Source of the DNA: Myxococcota bacterium
GTDB taxonomy: Bacteria; Myxococcota; Myxococcia; Myxococcales; Myxococcaceae
NCBI GenBank assembly: GCA_049322255.1
Contig: JBMORE010000010.1
Location: forward strand, 1-38,790
Length of the DNA: 38,790 nucleotides
Direction of reading: 5' to 3'
Made by a program: the position numbers and the translations under genes. The notes beneath the pieces were generated by a model. It was not told where the DNA came from. It saw nothing but the letters and a program-made list of their open reading frames with translations, and searched no databases. Below are positions 1 through 9,369 of the stretch, piece by piece (the stretch's first letter is position 1; each line of letters starts with the position of its first letter).

Positions 1-167
1 ACTTCGCCGTCACCGTCGGCCGGTGCGGCAAGGAGCCGCCAGTTGTCGTCGACCCGCCGCCCCCGCCCAAGACGGGCTGCTGCCAGGCAGGCCCTGGCCC
101 CACCGAGCTTTTGGCGCTGGCTCTGGCCCTCCTGGCGCTGAGGGCGCGTGCGTGGAGACGATGCTGA
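1..167 (+). CDS. 3' end of a MYXO-CTERM-sorted surface protein (partial, runs off the window)
   Basis: Not in the ORF track. Frame 3 reads FAVTVGRCGKEPPVVVDPPPPPKTGCCQAGPGPTELLALALALLALRARAWRRC* (TGA 165-167): Pro linker, GCC motif, hydrophobic helix and Arg cluster, the MYXO-CTERM layout. Confidence 0.8.
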   Translation, partial: FAVTVGRCGKEPPVVVDPPPPPKTGCCQAGPGPTELLALALALLALRARAWRRC

Positions 168-199
168 AGGGGCCCGGCCATGCCCTTCGCGCGCGTGGC

Positions 200-498
200 T
201 CAGAGCTTGGGTGCTGAGCGGCGGCTTGCATGCCACAGCCGCAGCACGTGGGCCTCCTGACGTTCTACGACCAAGCGGTAGTAGAGCAGATATCGCGTTC
301 GCGGCAACGGTACATGGCGAACTTTCGACAGACGCTCTGCACGCAACGGAGCCCTGCGTGCGGCGAGGCAGCGATGAATTCCAGCGCTCTGCTCAATTCC
401 TTCTCAAGTAACAGCGGTGATGCGGGGCGATTCACCATCCACCACTTCGCGGCCACCTCGATATCCGCGGCGGCTTGCGGCGAGACGATGAATTTCAC
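200..498 (-). pseudogene. RelE/ParE-family type II toxin, frameshifted
   Basis: GTG 498 gives MKFIVSPQAAADIEVAAKWW...IAASPHAG. After a 1-nt loss near 349-354 another frame continues PLRAERLSKVRHVPLPRTRYLLYYRLVVERQEAHVLRLWHASRRSAPKL* (stop 200-202). The repaired product is 99 aa with ParE-like YLLYYR and VLRLWHASR motifs. Confidence 0.85.
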
Positions 499-721
499 GT
501 CGATCGCAACCGCGCCAATCGCTCAAAAAGCTGCTCTGGGCTGAGTCCTTCGCCGCGCTCGATGGCCGCATCTGCCTCTCAGCGAGCTCGTCGAGGCTTT
601 CGGCGTCCAACTCAAACCCTTCCTCATCATCCGCCCACACGGTGACGTGGCTGCCCTCGGGCAGCGGCTCTCCCTCTACCACCACGGTGCTACCAACCAC
701 TTTTCCTCGAGCGACTCGCAT
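495..721 (-). pseudogene. Cognate antitoxin (DUF104/AF2212-like N-terminus, acidic C-terminus), frameshifted
   Basis: ATG 721 gives MRVARGKVVGSTVVVEGEPLPEGSHVTVWADDEEGFELDAESLDELAE. After a shift at GAGAG (576-580) it continues ADAAIERGEGLSPEQLFERLARLRST*, whose TGA overlaps the toxin GTG (GTGA). The family name is by resemblance only. Confidence 0.8.
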
Positions 722-740
722 AAACTTTATTTTACACACT
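722..740 (-). promoter_or_regulatory. Putative -10 box for a leaderless TA transcript
   Basis: Minus strand reads GTGTG-TAAAAT(734-729)-AAAGTTT-ATG(721). The -10 is 7 nt from the ATG, there is no SD, and the patch is AT-rich in high-GC DNA. No -35 seen. Confidence 0.5.
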
Positions 741-847
741 GCAGCTGGTTCCCCCCTGCTCGTGCAAACGGATGGTCGCTCGGCAGGGCAAAGAGCGCAT
801 ATCTTTCGCCTCACGGAGGTGGTGTTTTGCTTCGCGCGCAGTACAAC

Positions 848-1501
848 GTGTGGATCGTCGTCCTCGTCGCCGCGGCGGCGTGGGCCCAGGAGCCTCCCGG
901 CAAGGTGCTCGACCGGGTGGTGGCGATCATCGACGGGCGCGCGCTCACCCTCTCCGAGGTCGAGTTCGAGGGACGGGTGACCCTCATCTCCGCCGGTGGC
1001 GTCGAGGCAGCGACGGCTCTGCTCGATGACGCGGCGCTCAAAGAGGCGCTCGATCACGCGATCGGGGTGAGGCTCCAGTCTTCCGAGGCAGACAAGCTGC
1101 AGGCCTACACGCTCGAGCCGGGAGAAATCGAGGCGGCGATCGCCCTCTTCCAGCGGCGCTTTTCCTCTCCGCGCCACTTCCAGCAGTTTCTCGACCGGCA
1201 CGACGCCGACTTGCAGCACCTGGCCACGGTGCTCGCGCGCAACTTGAGAGCAGCGAAGATTCTCGACGCCAAGCTCAAGCTGCGCGCGCAGGTCAGCGAG
1301 GCCGAGGTGCGGCGCTACTACGACGAGCACGCGGCGGAGCTGGGGTCGAGCTACGAAGAGGTGCGCGGCCCGCTCAAAGACAAGCTGGTGATCGAGCGGC
1401 TGAGGAAGCTCACGCTGGCAGAGCTGGCGGCGGTGCGGCGTGGCGCCGACGTGCGCATCATCGCTCCCTTCGCCCGCAAGGAAAGCGCGAGCTCGCCGTG
1501 A
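848..1501 (+). CDS. Secreted SurA N-terminal-domain-like chaperone (no evident PPIase domain)
   Basis: Likely GTG 848: signal peptide MWIVVLVAAAAWA followed by VLDRVVAIIDGRALTLSEV and VSEAEVRRYYDEH, typical of SurA-N/C segments. Confidence 0.7.
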   Translation: MWIVVLVAAAAWAQEPPGKVLDRVVAIIDGRALTLSEVEFEGRVTLISAGGVEAATALLDDAALKEALDHAIGVRLQSSEADKLQAYTLEPGEIEAAIALFQRRFSSPRHFQQFLDRHDADLQHLATVLARNLRAAKILDAKLKLRAQVSEAEVRRYYDEHAAELGSSYEEVRGPLKDKLVIERLRKLTLAELAAVRRGADVRIIAPFARKESASSP

Positions 1502-1977
1502 GAAAGCTCGAGCCAGGCGCGCCTTCCTTCCACATTCGGTCGATGAATCCAGAAGACCTCCCCGCCGTGCAGGCGCTGGAGGCGCAGTCGTTCAAGAACC
1601 CGTGGTCGGCCGACCTGCTGCGCCGCGAGCTGGTGCACCAGTGGTCGACCATCCTCCTCGCCGAAGAACCCGACGGCAAAGGTCGCATGCGTCTATTGGG
1701 CTGTCTCATCTTCTGGCTGGTGCACGACGAGCTGCACATTCTCAACGTGGCGGTCGACCCCACTCATCGCCGGAGAGGGGTGGCACGGGCGTTGATCGAG
1801 CTCGCGCTGCAAAAAGGCCGCGCCCACCGGTGCACCTTGGCCACGCTGGAGGTGCGCCGGGGAAACACCGCGGCCATCGAGCTCTATCGGGCCTTCGGGT
1901 TTCGCCAGGTGGGCGTCCGCCCCAACTACTATGTCGACGAGGGCGAGGACGCGATCGTGATGAACGCCGAGCTGTGA
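1498..1977 (+). CDS. rimI: Ribosomal protein S18-alanine N-acetyltransferase
   Basis: PWS, ELHILNVAVDP.HRRRGVA, LEVRRGN..AI.LY...GF and RPNYY...EDAIVM motifs; overlaps the upstream stop (GTGA). Confidence 0.93.
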   Translation: MRKLEPGAPSFHIRSMNPEDLPAVQALEAQSFKNPWSADLLRRELVHQWSTILLAEEPDGKGRMRLLGCLIFWLVHDELHILNVAVDPTHRRRGVARALIELALQKGRAHRCTLATLEVRRGNTAAIELYRAFGFRQVGVRPNYYVDEGEDAIVMNAEL

Positions 1978-1999
1978 AGCCAGCTAGAGTCGAAGGTCA

Positions 2000-4900
2000 G
2001 TGGCTCAGCGCACCAAGAAACAAGAGCAGGAGCCCACCGAGCCGGCCTACGTGCGTTTCGCGGCGATGGTGAGGGTGGACTACGCCCTCGAGGGCCGGGG
2101 GACCTTCGCCTACACCTCGTGGATCGGCTCGGGAGGGATGCTCCTGCGCGCCTCGCGCGACTTCGCGGTCGGGCAGAGCGTCGAGCTCAAGCTCACCACC
2201 GCGAACAAGGACCGGCCCCTGGTGCTCGCGGGTGAAGTGATCGCCGCCGTCGACAAGCCCGACGCCGGGGTGGTGGTCGCCTTTTCCGCCGGGCAGGACG
2301 CGGCGCTCGCCAAGCTGAGGAAATTCATCGAGCAGCAATACGTGGTGAAGCTCGAAGAATCGCTCGCACGTTCCCCGCGTGCCGTCGACAAGGGCATCGA
2401 CCTCGCCGGCTGGTACGCCGAGCAGGGCAGGTTGAAAGATGCGCTGGAGGTGTGCCGCAGGCTCTGGCAGGCCAACCCGCAGAGCTTCGAGGCCGCCGAG
2501 GCCGCCGCGGTGTACCTGGCGCACGAGGCCGAGGCGCGCGCGCTCGAGGCCGCTCCGGTGCTGGAGGAGCTTTTCGAGCTCCTCGGACAAGCCAAGGCCT
2601 TGGGCAAGAGCGAGACGTTGCGGCAGGCAGAAGCGCAAGCGACCCAGCTTCGCCACCGCATCGAGCGCGCCCGCCAAGAAGAGGAACAGCAGAAGACCGA
2701 GGCGGCTCGCCGCGCCCAGGAAGAGAAGATCGCCCGGATGCGGGAGAAGATCTTCGACGAGGCCAAATCGGCCGCCCAGGAGATCTTCGAGCAGCAAGCC
2801 GCGGAGCTCGCCAAGGCCCACAAGGCCCAGCTCGACGAGGTGCACGCCGCCGCGAGCGAGGCGAAGAAGCTGGCCAAGCGCGCCCAGGCCGAGGCGGAGA
2901 GCGAACGCGCGGCGCGGGAGGAGGACGCCACCGAGCGCGCCAAGCTCGCCCACAAGCTGGAGCAGCTCCAGGCGCGGCTGCTCGAGGAACGCCACGAGAA
3001 GGAGGCCTTGCGGCGCCAGACGGAAGGCCGGCTCAAAGAGAGCGCTGCCGCCGAGAACGAGGCGAAGACGGCGGCGAAGAAGCTGCAGGTCGAAGGGGAG
3101 GAGCTGCGTACCCAGCTCACCAAGACCGAGGCCCAGCTCGACAAGCTCGCCTCGAAGGTCGACCACCTCCAGGCGCAGCTTGCCGAGGCGCGCGCGGGGA
3201 AGGAGACCGCGGTGCGGGAGCTGGAGGCGAAGCTGGAGGGGAAGGCCGCTGCCGAGGCCGATGCCCGAAGCGTCGCCACCAAGCTTCAGGTCGAGGTCGA
3301 CGTGCTCAAGGCAACGTTGGCCGACGAGCGCGGCCACCTGGACAAGCAGCGCCAGCGCTTGGAGACGCTGCAAGACCGGCTGGGCGAAGAGCGGCGCGAG
3401 CTCGATGCCGCCCGCACGGCTTGGGAGGCACGGCTCGAGAAGGCCGAGAAGGAAAGAGACGGCGCGCTGGCCCGCGCCCATGCCGCCGAAGGGGAGTGGG
3501 AGCGCGCCAAGACGGGGCTTTCCGCCGAGCGTGCCAAGGTGGAGAAGGACCGCGGCGTCTTCGAGAAGCAGAAGGCCGAGCTCGAGGCGCTGAAGACGAC
3601 GCACGCACAGGCGCTGGCCGCCTCGCGCAGCGCGGAGGCGAAGGCGGCCGAAGCAGTGCACAAGGCCCAGGCGGAGAGGGAGGAGGCCGTCAAGCATCTG
3701 GAGGCCGAGCGGGCTCGTCTGACCCGGGGAGCGGAGGACGAGCGCGCGCGGCTCACCGTCGAGAAGGCGCGGTTGGAAGCGCTGCTGGCGGAGGAACGCA
3801 CCGCGCTCGCATCGGAGCGGATCGCCGCGCAAGGCAGCCACGCCGAGGCCAAGAGCGCCGCCGCCGAAACTTTCGCCCAGAAGCTGGCCCAGCTTGCCTC
3901 GGAGCACGAGGCGCGCCTTCAAGACCTCAAGCTGGCCGAGGCCGAGGCGCGGCGGCTGCTCGAGGAGACCTGGTCGCACCGAATGGAGCAGCTCGCCCGC
4001 GACCACCAACTGGCCCTGGAGGCGGCGCAGAAGGGAGAGGCCGAGGCGCTCCGGGTCGCGGGCCGTTTCGAAGACGCGGCGGAAAAGGCGCGCGCAGAGC
4101 TGGCCATCGCCAGGCAAGCGGCGGAGAAGGTGGTGGGAGAGCTGGCGGCGGAACGGGCAGCCTTGGGTGAGCTTCATGCCCAGCTGTCCGCACTGGAGGC
4201 GGCCCACATCGAGGCGCAGAACACGCTGCGGCGCGAACGCGCCCTTCTCGCCGAGGTGCAGGCAGCCAAAGAGCGCGCCGAGGAGGAGCGCCGGCGGGTG
4301 GAGGCGGAGCGGCGCTCCCGGATCGACGAGGCGCAAGGAGAGCTCTCCGACCATCGGGCGGCGGCGGTTCGCCTTCGCGGCGAGCTGGAAGAGGCGCGCC
4401 GGTCGCTGGTCGAGAGCCGGGCCGCCGTCGACGACGCTCACCGGCAGCTGGCCCAGGAGCGGGAGGAGTCAGCGACGCTGCGCCGCCGCGTGGACGAGAC
4501 GCACGCCGCTGCCGATGCTCGGGCGGAGGCCCTGCGCTTCGAGCTGGAGGAGGCGCGCGCGGCGTTGGCCTTGGCACGTGCGGAAGCCCAAACGGCCCAG
4601 CACGCCGAGGCCCAGGCGCGCGCCGCCGAGGAGGTTTCCCGCGCCGCCGCCGAGCGTAAAGGGGCCGAGCTCGCCGCCGAAAGAGAAGCGCTGGAGGCGA
4701 CCCGCCGCGAGTATCGTACCAAGCTCGAAGACGCCCAGGCGGCCCGGGAGGAGGCTCGAGCCGCCATGGTGGACCTCGAGGCTCGGCTGCGCACACTCAC
4801 CGACGAGCGCGCGCTCCTAGAGGAGCTGCAGGGCCAGATGGACGCGCAAAAGAACAAGCTCTTGGACGAGCGCCGTGAACAAGAAGAGGCGCGCCGACGC

Positions 4901-5164
4901 CTGGAGGAAAAGCTGCGAGCCGCCGAGGAGCGGGTGCGCGAGCGGGAACAGGAGGTGATGATGCGCGCCTATGAGCTCGAGCAGCTACGGGCGCGCGAGC
5001 TTCGGCAGCAAGAGGACAAGCTGCGCGAGCTCGATCGGCGCGAGGAGCGGCTGCGCGTGGCCGAACAGGCGCACTCCGCTCCCAACCCTTCCTTGTGGGA
5101 ACCAGGCGGTGAAAAAGAAGCGGACATCGCCGGCGCTTTGAGCAAGTTCGAGCGCGATGAGTAG
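2000..5164 (+). CDS. Degenerate PilZ-like domain plus TPR-like segment plus very long coiled coil (1054 aa)
   Basis: N-terminal YTSWIGSGGMLL...GQSVELKL...LAGEV...GVVVAF is PilZ-like; the rest is about 850 aa of A/E/R/K/L-rich heptads. GC3-biased codons favour this frame. Confidence 0.7.
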   Translation: MAQRTKKQEQEPTEPAYVRFAAMVRVDYALEGRGTFAYTSWIGSGGMLLRASRDFAVGQSVELKLTTANKDRPLVLAGEVIAAVDKPDAGVVVAFSAGQDAALAKLRKFIEQQYVVKLEESLARSPRAVDKGIDLAGWYAEQGRLKDALEVCRRLWQANPQSFEAAEAAAVYLAHEAEARALEAAPVLEELFELLGQAKALGKSETLRQAEAQATQLRHRIERARQEEEQQKTEAARRAQEEKIARMREKIFDEAKSAAQEIFEQQAAELAKAHKAQLDEVHAAASEAKKLAKRAQAEAESERAAREEDATERAKLAHKLEQLQARLLEERHEKEALRRQTEGRLKESAAAENEAKTAAKKLQVEGEELRTQLTKTEAQLDKLASKVDHLQAQLAEARAGKETAVRELEAKLEGKAAAEADARSVATKLQVEVDVLKATLADERGHLDKQRQRLETLQDRLGEERRELDAARTAWEARLEKAEKERDGALARAHAAEGEWERAKTGLSAERAKVEKDRGVFEKQKAELEALKTTHAQALAASRSAEAKAAEAVHKAQAEREEAVKHLEAERARLTRGAEDERARLTVEKARLEALLAEERTALASERIAAQGSHAEAKSAAAETFAQKLAQLASEHEARLQDLKLAEAEARRLLEETWSHRMEQLARDHQLALEAAQKGEAEALRVAGRFEDAAEKARAELAIARQAAEKVVGELAAERAALGELHAQLSALEAAHIEAQNTLRRERALLAEVQAAKERAEEERRRVEAERRSRIDEAQGELSDHRAAAVRLRGELEEARRSLVESRAAVDDAHRQLAQEREESATLRRRVDETHAAADARAEALRFELEEARAALALARAEAQTAQHAEAQARAAEEVSRAAAERKGAELAAEREALEATRREYRTKLEDAQAAREEARAAMVDLEARLRTLTDERALLEELQGQMDAQKNKLLDERREQEEARRRLEEKLRAAEERVREREQEVMMRAYELEQLRARELRQQEDKLRELDRREERLRVAEQAHSAPNPSLWEPGGEKEADIAGALSKFERDE

Positions 5165-5185
5165 ATGGCAGGAGCGGCGGAGCGC

Positions 5186-5214
5186 TTGACAGCCGGGCAC
5201 GGACTCTGTAGACC
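5186..5214 (+). promoter_or_regulatory. Sigma70-type promoter of the str operon
   Basis: TTGACA (5186-91), 17-bp spacer, TAGACC (5209-14), then a GC-rich discriminator; 32 nt before rpsL. Confidence 0.7.
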
Positions 5215-5246
5215 CCGCCGCCTTTTCAAGACAGGACTTACGAAGG

Positions 5247-5618
5247 ATGCCGACGATCAGTCAGCTGATCCGCAAGGGTCGCGAGAAGTTGAACGTGAAG
5301 GGGAAGAGCCCCGCGTTGCGTGAGTGCCCGCAAAAGCGCGGCGTTTGCACCCGCGTCTATACCACCACTCCCAAGAAGCCGAACTCGGCGCTGCGCAAGG
5401 TCGCTCGTGTGCGCCTCACCAACGGCATCGAGGTGACATCTTACATCCCCGGCGTCGGCCACAACCTCCAGGAGCACTCGGTGGTGATGATTCGCGGCGG
5501 CCGCGTGAAGGACCTCCCGGGCGTCCGGTACCACATCATTCGCGGCACGCTCGACTCGGTCGGCGTGCAGGGCCGCAAGCAGGGGCGCTCGAAGTACGGC
5601 GCCAAGCGGCCGAGCTAA
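5247..5618 (+). CDS. rpsL: 30S ribosomal protein S12
   Basis: [28 protein letters not shown]. Confidence 0.99.
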   Translation: MPTISQLIRKGREKLNVKGKSPALRECPQKRGVCTRVYTTTPKKPNSALRKVARVRLTNGIEVTSYIPGVGHNLQEHSVVMIRGGRVKDLPGVRYHIIRGTLDSVGVQGRKQGRSKYGAKRPS

Positions 5619-5630
5619 GCAGGAGAAGCC

Positions 5631-6101
5631 ATGCCTCGTCGTCGCGTCGTCTCCAAGCGGAAGATCATCCCCGACCCGAAGTACCAAGATCGGCTGGTCA
5701 CCAAGTTCGTCAACGACCTGATGCGCAAGGGCAAGAAGGCGGTCGCCGAGCGCATCTGCTACGGCGCCTTCAGCCTGGTCGAGGAGCGGGCGAAGGAAGA
5801 GCCCTTGAAGACCTTCAAGAAGGCGCTCGACAACATCAAGCCGGTGCTCGAGGTGAAGAGCCGCCGGGTGGGTGGCGCCACCTATCAGGTGCCGGTGGAG
5901 GTCCGCCAGGACCGGCGTGTCGCCTTGGGCATGCGCTGGCTCATCACCTACGCCAAGACCCGCGGCGAGAAGACGATGATGGAGAAGCTGGCCGGCGAAA
6001 TCATGGACGCCGCCAACAACCGCGGCAACGCGGTGAAGAAGAAGGAAGACACCCACAAGATGGCCGAGGCCAACAAGGCCTTCGCGCACTACCGCTGGTG
6101 A
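5631..6101 (+). CDS. rpsG: 30S ribosomal protein S7
   Basis: [27 protein letters not shown]. Confidence 0.99.
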   Translation: MPRRRVVSKRKIIPDPKYQDRLVTKFVNDLMRKGKKAVAERICYGAFSLVEERAKEEPLKTFKKALDNIKPVLEVKSRRVGGATYQVPVEVRQDRRVALGMRWLITYAKTRGEKTMMEKLAGEIMDAANNRGNAVKKKEDTHKMAEANKAFAHYRW

Positions 6102-6109
6102 GCCGTACT

Positions 6110-6137
6110 CCGCCGGGGCTGCCCGGCGGTGCTCTTT
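6110..6137 (+). other. GC stem-loop in the rpsG-fusA spacer (processing or attenuation candidate)
   Basis: CCGCCGGG-GCTG-CCCGGCGG perfect 8-bp stem, followed by TGCTCTTT. Confidence 0.5.
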
Positions 6138-6178
6138 GACATCCGCTCGGAAAGACCCGTCGTTGAGGGAGCCTGCCG

Positions 6179-8269
6179 ATGGCCCGTGAATATCCCCTCG
6201 AGAGGTACAGAAACATCGGGATCATGGCCCACATCGATGCGGGCAAGACCACGACCACCGAGCGGATTCTCTATTACACCGGCGCCATTCACCGCATGGG
6301 TGAGGTGCACGAGGGCACCACCGTCACCGACTGGATGGTGCAGGAGCGCGAGCGCGGCATCACCATCACCTCGGCGGCGATCACGGCGTTTTGGCCGCGG
6401 CGCGATCAGAAGTACCGCATCAACATCATCGACACCCCCGGGCACGTGGACTTCACCATCGAGGTCGAACGGTCGTTGCGCGTGCTCGACGGTGCGGTGG
6501 CGCTCTTCGACGGCGTGAACGGGGTGGAGCCGCAGTCGGAGACGGTTTGGCGGCAGGCCGACAAGTACCGGGTGCCCCGCATCTGCTTCATCAACAAGAT
6601 GGATCGGGTGGGCGCCGACTTCGAGATGTCGGTGGGGACGTTGCGCGAGAAGCTGGGAGCCAACGCCTGCGTGCTCCAGTACCCGCTGGGCGCCGAGGAG
6701 AAGCATCGTGGCGTCATCGATCTGTTGTCGATGAAGGCACTGGTGTTCCAGGACACCGAGCTGGGCAGCCGTTACGACACCGTCGCCATCCCCGCCGAGC
6801 TTTCGGCCAAGGCTGACGAGTACCGCGCCAAGCTCTTGGAGCAGGTGGCGGAGATCGACGACGCGCTGATGGAGAAGTACCTCGAGGGCAAGGAGATCTC
6901 CGAGGACGAGATTCGCGCCGCGGTGCGCAAGGGCTGCGTGAGCTTGAAGCTGTTTCCGGTGCTCTGTGGATCGGCGTACAAGCACAAGGGGGTGCAGCCG
7001 CTGCTCGACGCGGTGGTCGACTACCTGCCTTCCCCCCTCGACGTTCCTCCGGTGCAGGGCAAGACCCCCGACGGAGAGGACGCGACCCGCGAGACGAAGG
7101 ACGATGCTCCCTTCTCGGCCCTGGCCTTCAAGATCATGACCGACCCCTTCGTGGGCACGTTGACCTTCATCCGCGTGTATTCAGGAAGGCTGGAGGCGGG
7201 CTCGTACGTCTATAACTCGGTGAAGGGCCGGCGCGAGCGCGTGGGGCGCCTGGTGCAAATGCGCGCCGACAAGCGCGACGAGATCAAAGAGTGCTTCGCC
7301 GGCGACATCTGCGCGGTGGTGGGTCTCAAGGGCGCGACCACCGGCGACACCCTGTGCGCCGAGAACAAGCAAATCGTCCTCGAGCGCATGGAGTTCCCCG
7401 ACCCGGTGATCGACCTGGCGCTCGAGCCCAAATCGACCGACGACCAGGAGAAGCTGGCCATCGCCTTGCAGAAGCTCGCGGTGGAAGACCCGTCTTTCCG
7501 CGTGCGCACCGACGAAGAGACCGGGCAGACGATCATCGCCGGCATGGGCGAGCTGCACCTGGAAATCATCGTCGACCGCCTGCTGCGCGAGTTCAAGGTC
7601 GAGGCCAACGTGGGCAAGCCGCAGGTAGCCTACCGAGAAACGATTACCCGGCCGGCCGAAGCCGAAGGCAAGTACATCAAGCAGACCGGCGGGCGCGGGC
7701 AGTATGGGCACTGCTGGCTCAAGGTACTGCCCAACGAGCCGGGCAAGGGCTTCGTCTTCGAGAACAAGATCGTGGGAGGCGTCATCCCCAAGGAGTTCAT
7801 TCCGCCCATCGAGAAAGGGGTGGCCGAGGCGATGACCTCGGGCGTGGTCGCCGGCTACCCGATGGTGGACGTTCGGGTCGAGCTTTTCGACGGCAGCTTC
7901 CACGACGTCGACTCCAACGAGATGGCGTTCAAGATCGCCGGCTCGATGGCGTTCAAGGACGCCTGCAACCACGCCGGCCCGGTGCTGCTCGAGCCGATCA
8001 TGAAGTGCGAGGTGGTGACGCCCGAGGCTTCCATGGGTGACGTGATCGGCGACTTGAACAGCCGGCGGGGGAAGATTCTCGGCATGAACCCGCGCCACGG
8101 GGTCCAGGTAATCGAGGCCGAGGTGCCGCTGGCGCAGATGTTCGGCTACGCCACCGACCTGCGCTCGCGCACCCAGGGGAGGGCGACGTACACCATGCAG
8201 TTCTCCCACTACGCCCAGATTCCCAAGGCGCTGTCCGACGAGATCACCGCCAAGTATCGCGGTCACTAG
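6179..8269 (+). CDS. fusA: Elongation factor G
   Basis: [29 protein letters not shown]; 696 aa. Confidence 0.99.
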   Translation: MAREYPLERYRNIGIMAHIDAGKTTTTERILYYTGAIHRMGEVHEGTTVTDWMVQERERGITITSAAITAFWPRRDQKYRINIIDTPGHVDFTIEVERSLRVLDGAVALFDGVNGVEPQSETVWRQADKYRVPRICFINKMDRVGADFEMSVGTLREKLGANACVLQYPLGAEEKHRGVIDLLSMKALVFQDTELGSRYDTVAIPAELSAKADEYRAKLLEQVAEIDDALMEKYLEGKEISEDEIRAAVRKGCVSLKLFPVLCGSAYKHKGVQPLLDAVVDYLPSPLDVPPVQGKTPDGEDATRETKDDAPFSALAFKIMTDPFVGTLTFIRVYSGRLEAGSYVYNSVKGRRERVGRLVQMRADKRDEIKECFAGDICAVVGLKGATTGDTLCAENKQIVLERMEFPDPVIDLALEPKSTDDQEKLAIALQKLAVEDPSFRVRTDEETGQTIIAGMGELHLEIIVDRLLREFKVEANVGKPQVAYRETITRPAEAEGKYIKQTGGRGQYGHCWLKVLPNEPGKGFVFENKIVGGVIPKEFIPPIEKGVAEAMTSGVVAGYPMVDVRVELFDGSFHDVDSNEMAFKIAGSMAFKDACNHAGPVLLEPIMKCEVVTPEASMGDVIGDLNSRRGKILGMNPRHGVQVIEAEVPLAQMFGYATDLRSRTQGRATYTMQFSHYAQIPKALSDEITAKYRGH

Positions 8270-8274
8270 GGGAG

Positions 8275-8303
8275 TTGCATTTCAAACGGGCGCGGTGTAG
8301 AAG
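8275..8303 (+). promoter_or_regulatory. Putative S10-operon promoter
   Basis: TTGCAT (8275-80), 17 bp, TAGAAG (8298-8303), GC-rich discriminator. Confidence 0.55.
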
Positions 8304-8314
8304 CCGCGCCCTTT
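8288..8314 (+). terminator. Terminator-like hairpin after fusA
   Basis: GGGCGCGG-TGTAGAAG-CCGCGCCC-TTT; 8-bp GC stem with a short U tract. Confidence 0.45.
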
Positions 8315-8402
8315 CGCAGGCACGGTTCTGTGACAACCAGGCGTTTCGGGGCACCTTTCAAGCCGTGAGGCGAAGTCTGTTGGTGGAAGAGGAAGAGCAC
8401 GA

Positions 8403-8711
<309 letters not shown>

Positions 8712-8722
8712 GGAGAGTTGCG

Positions 8723-9367
8723 ATGGCGAAGTTCGACGTGGTGGATCTCAACCTCAAGAAGGTCGGAGAGCTCGAGCTCGCGGACGAGGTGTTCGCCGCG
8801 AAGGCCAACCCGAACCTCTTCTACGAGGTCGCCAAGATGCAGCAGATCAACCGTCGCCGGGGGACGGTGGCGGTGAAGAATGCCTCGCTGGTTTCCGGCG
8901 GCGGCAAGAAGCCGTGGAAGCAAAAGGGCACCGGCCGGGCTCGCCAGGGCTCGATTCGCGCCTCGCACTGGGTCGGCGGCGGCAAGGCGATGGGGCCCAA
9001 GCCCCGCGACTACACCTACCGGCCCCCGAAGAAAGTTCGTCGCAGTGCCTTGTGCGCGGCTCTTTCACTGCGCGCCCAGGAGAAGGCGCTCGTCATCGTG
9101 AAGGACTTTCCCTCCGACGGGAAGACCAAGAAGGCGTACGAGACCCTCACCAAGGGCCTCAAGCTGAAGAACGCGCTGGTCATCGACGAGGCGAAGAACG
9201 AGACGCTGCATCGCTCGGTGCGCAATATGAAGTCCTTCGACGTGCTGGCGCCCGAGGGCCTGAACCTCGAGTCGGTGCTTCGGCGCAAGGCTTTGGTGCT
9301 CACTTCGACGGCGGCCAAGGCGATCGAGGGCGCCCTGGCCAAACCGCGGGCGGGGAAGGAGGCCTAG
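8723..9367 (+). CDS. rplD: 50S ribosomal protein L4
   Basis: [28 protein letters not shown]. Confidence 0.98.
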   Translation: MAKFDVVDLNLKKVGELELADEVFAAKANPNLFYEVAKMQQINRRRGTVAVKNASLVSGGGKKPWKQKGTGRARQGSIRASHWVGGGKAMGPKPRDYTYRPPKKVRRSALCAALSLRAQEKALVIVKDFPSDGKTKKAYETLTKGLKLKNALVIDEAKNETLHRSVRNMKSFDVLAPEGLNLESVLRRKALVLTSTAAKAIEGALAKPRAGKEA

Positions 9368-9369
9368 TC

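Noticed and set aside
340..585. Programmed ribosomal frameshifting in the TA genes
   Set aside because: No X-XXY-YYZ slippery heptamer or obvious stimulatory structure at either shift; mutation or assembly error is simpler.
647..847. Upstream extension of the SurA-like ORF
   Set aside because: Overlaps the antitoxin and its promoter; the signal peptide begins at GTG 848.
404..1330. 308-aa minus-strand ORF
   Set aside because: A chimera of the antisense of the SurA-like gene with the true antitoxin start at 721 and its frameshifted tail.
1997..4441. 814-aa minus-strand ORF and other long antisense or alternate-frame ORFs (e.g. 6089-6985, 11454-12827, 15962-17287, 17257-18702, 24727-25989)
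   Set aside because: Shadows of real genes: high GC3 codon bias removes stops on the antisense frame, and no recognisable motifs are present.
2000..5164. SMC or tape-measure identity for the coiled-coil protein
   Set aside because: No Walker A/B or hinge motifs and no phage genes nearby.
5370..5520. Streptomycin-resistance substitutions in S12
   Set aside because: PKKPNS and RVKDLPG are the wild-type motifs.
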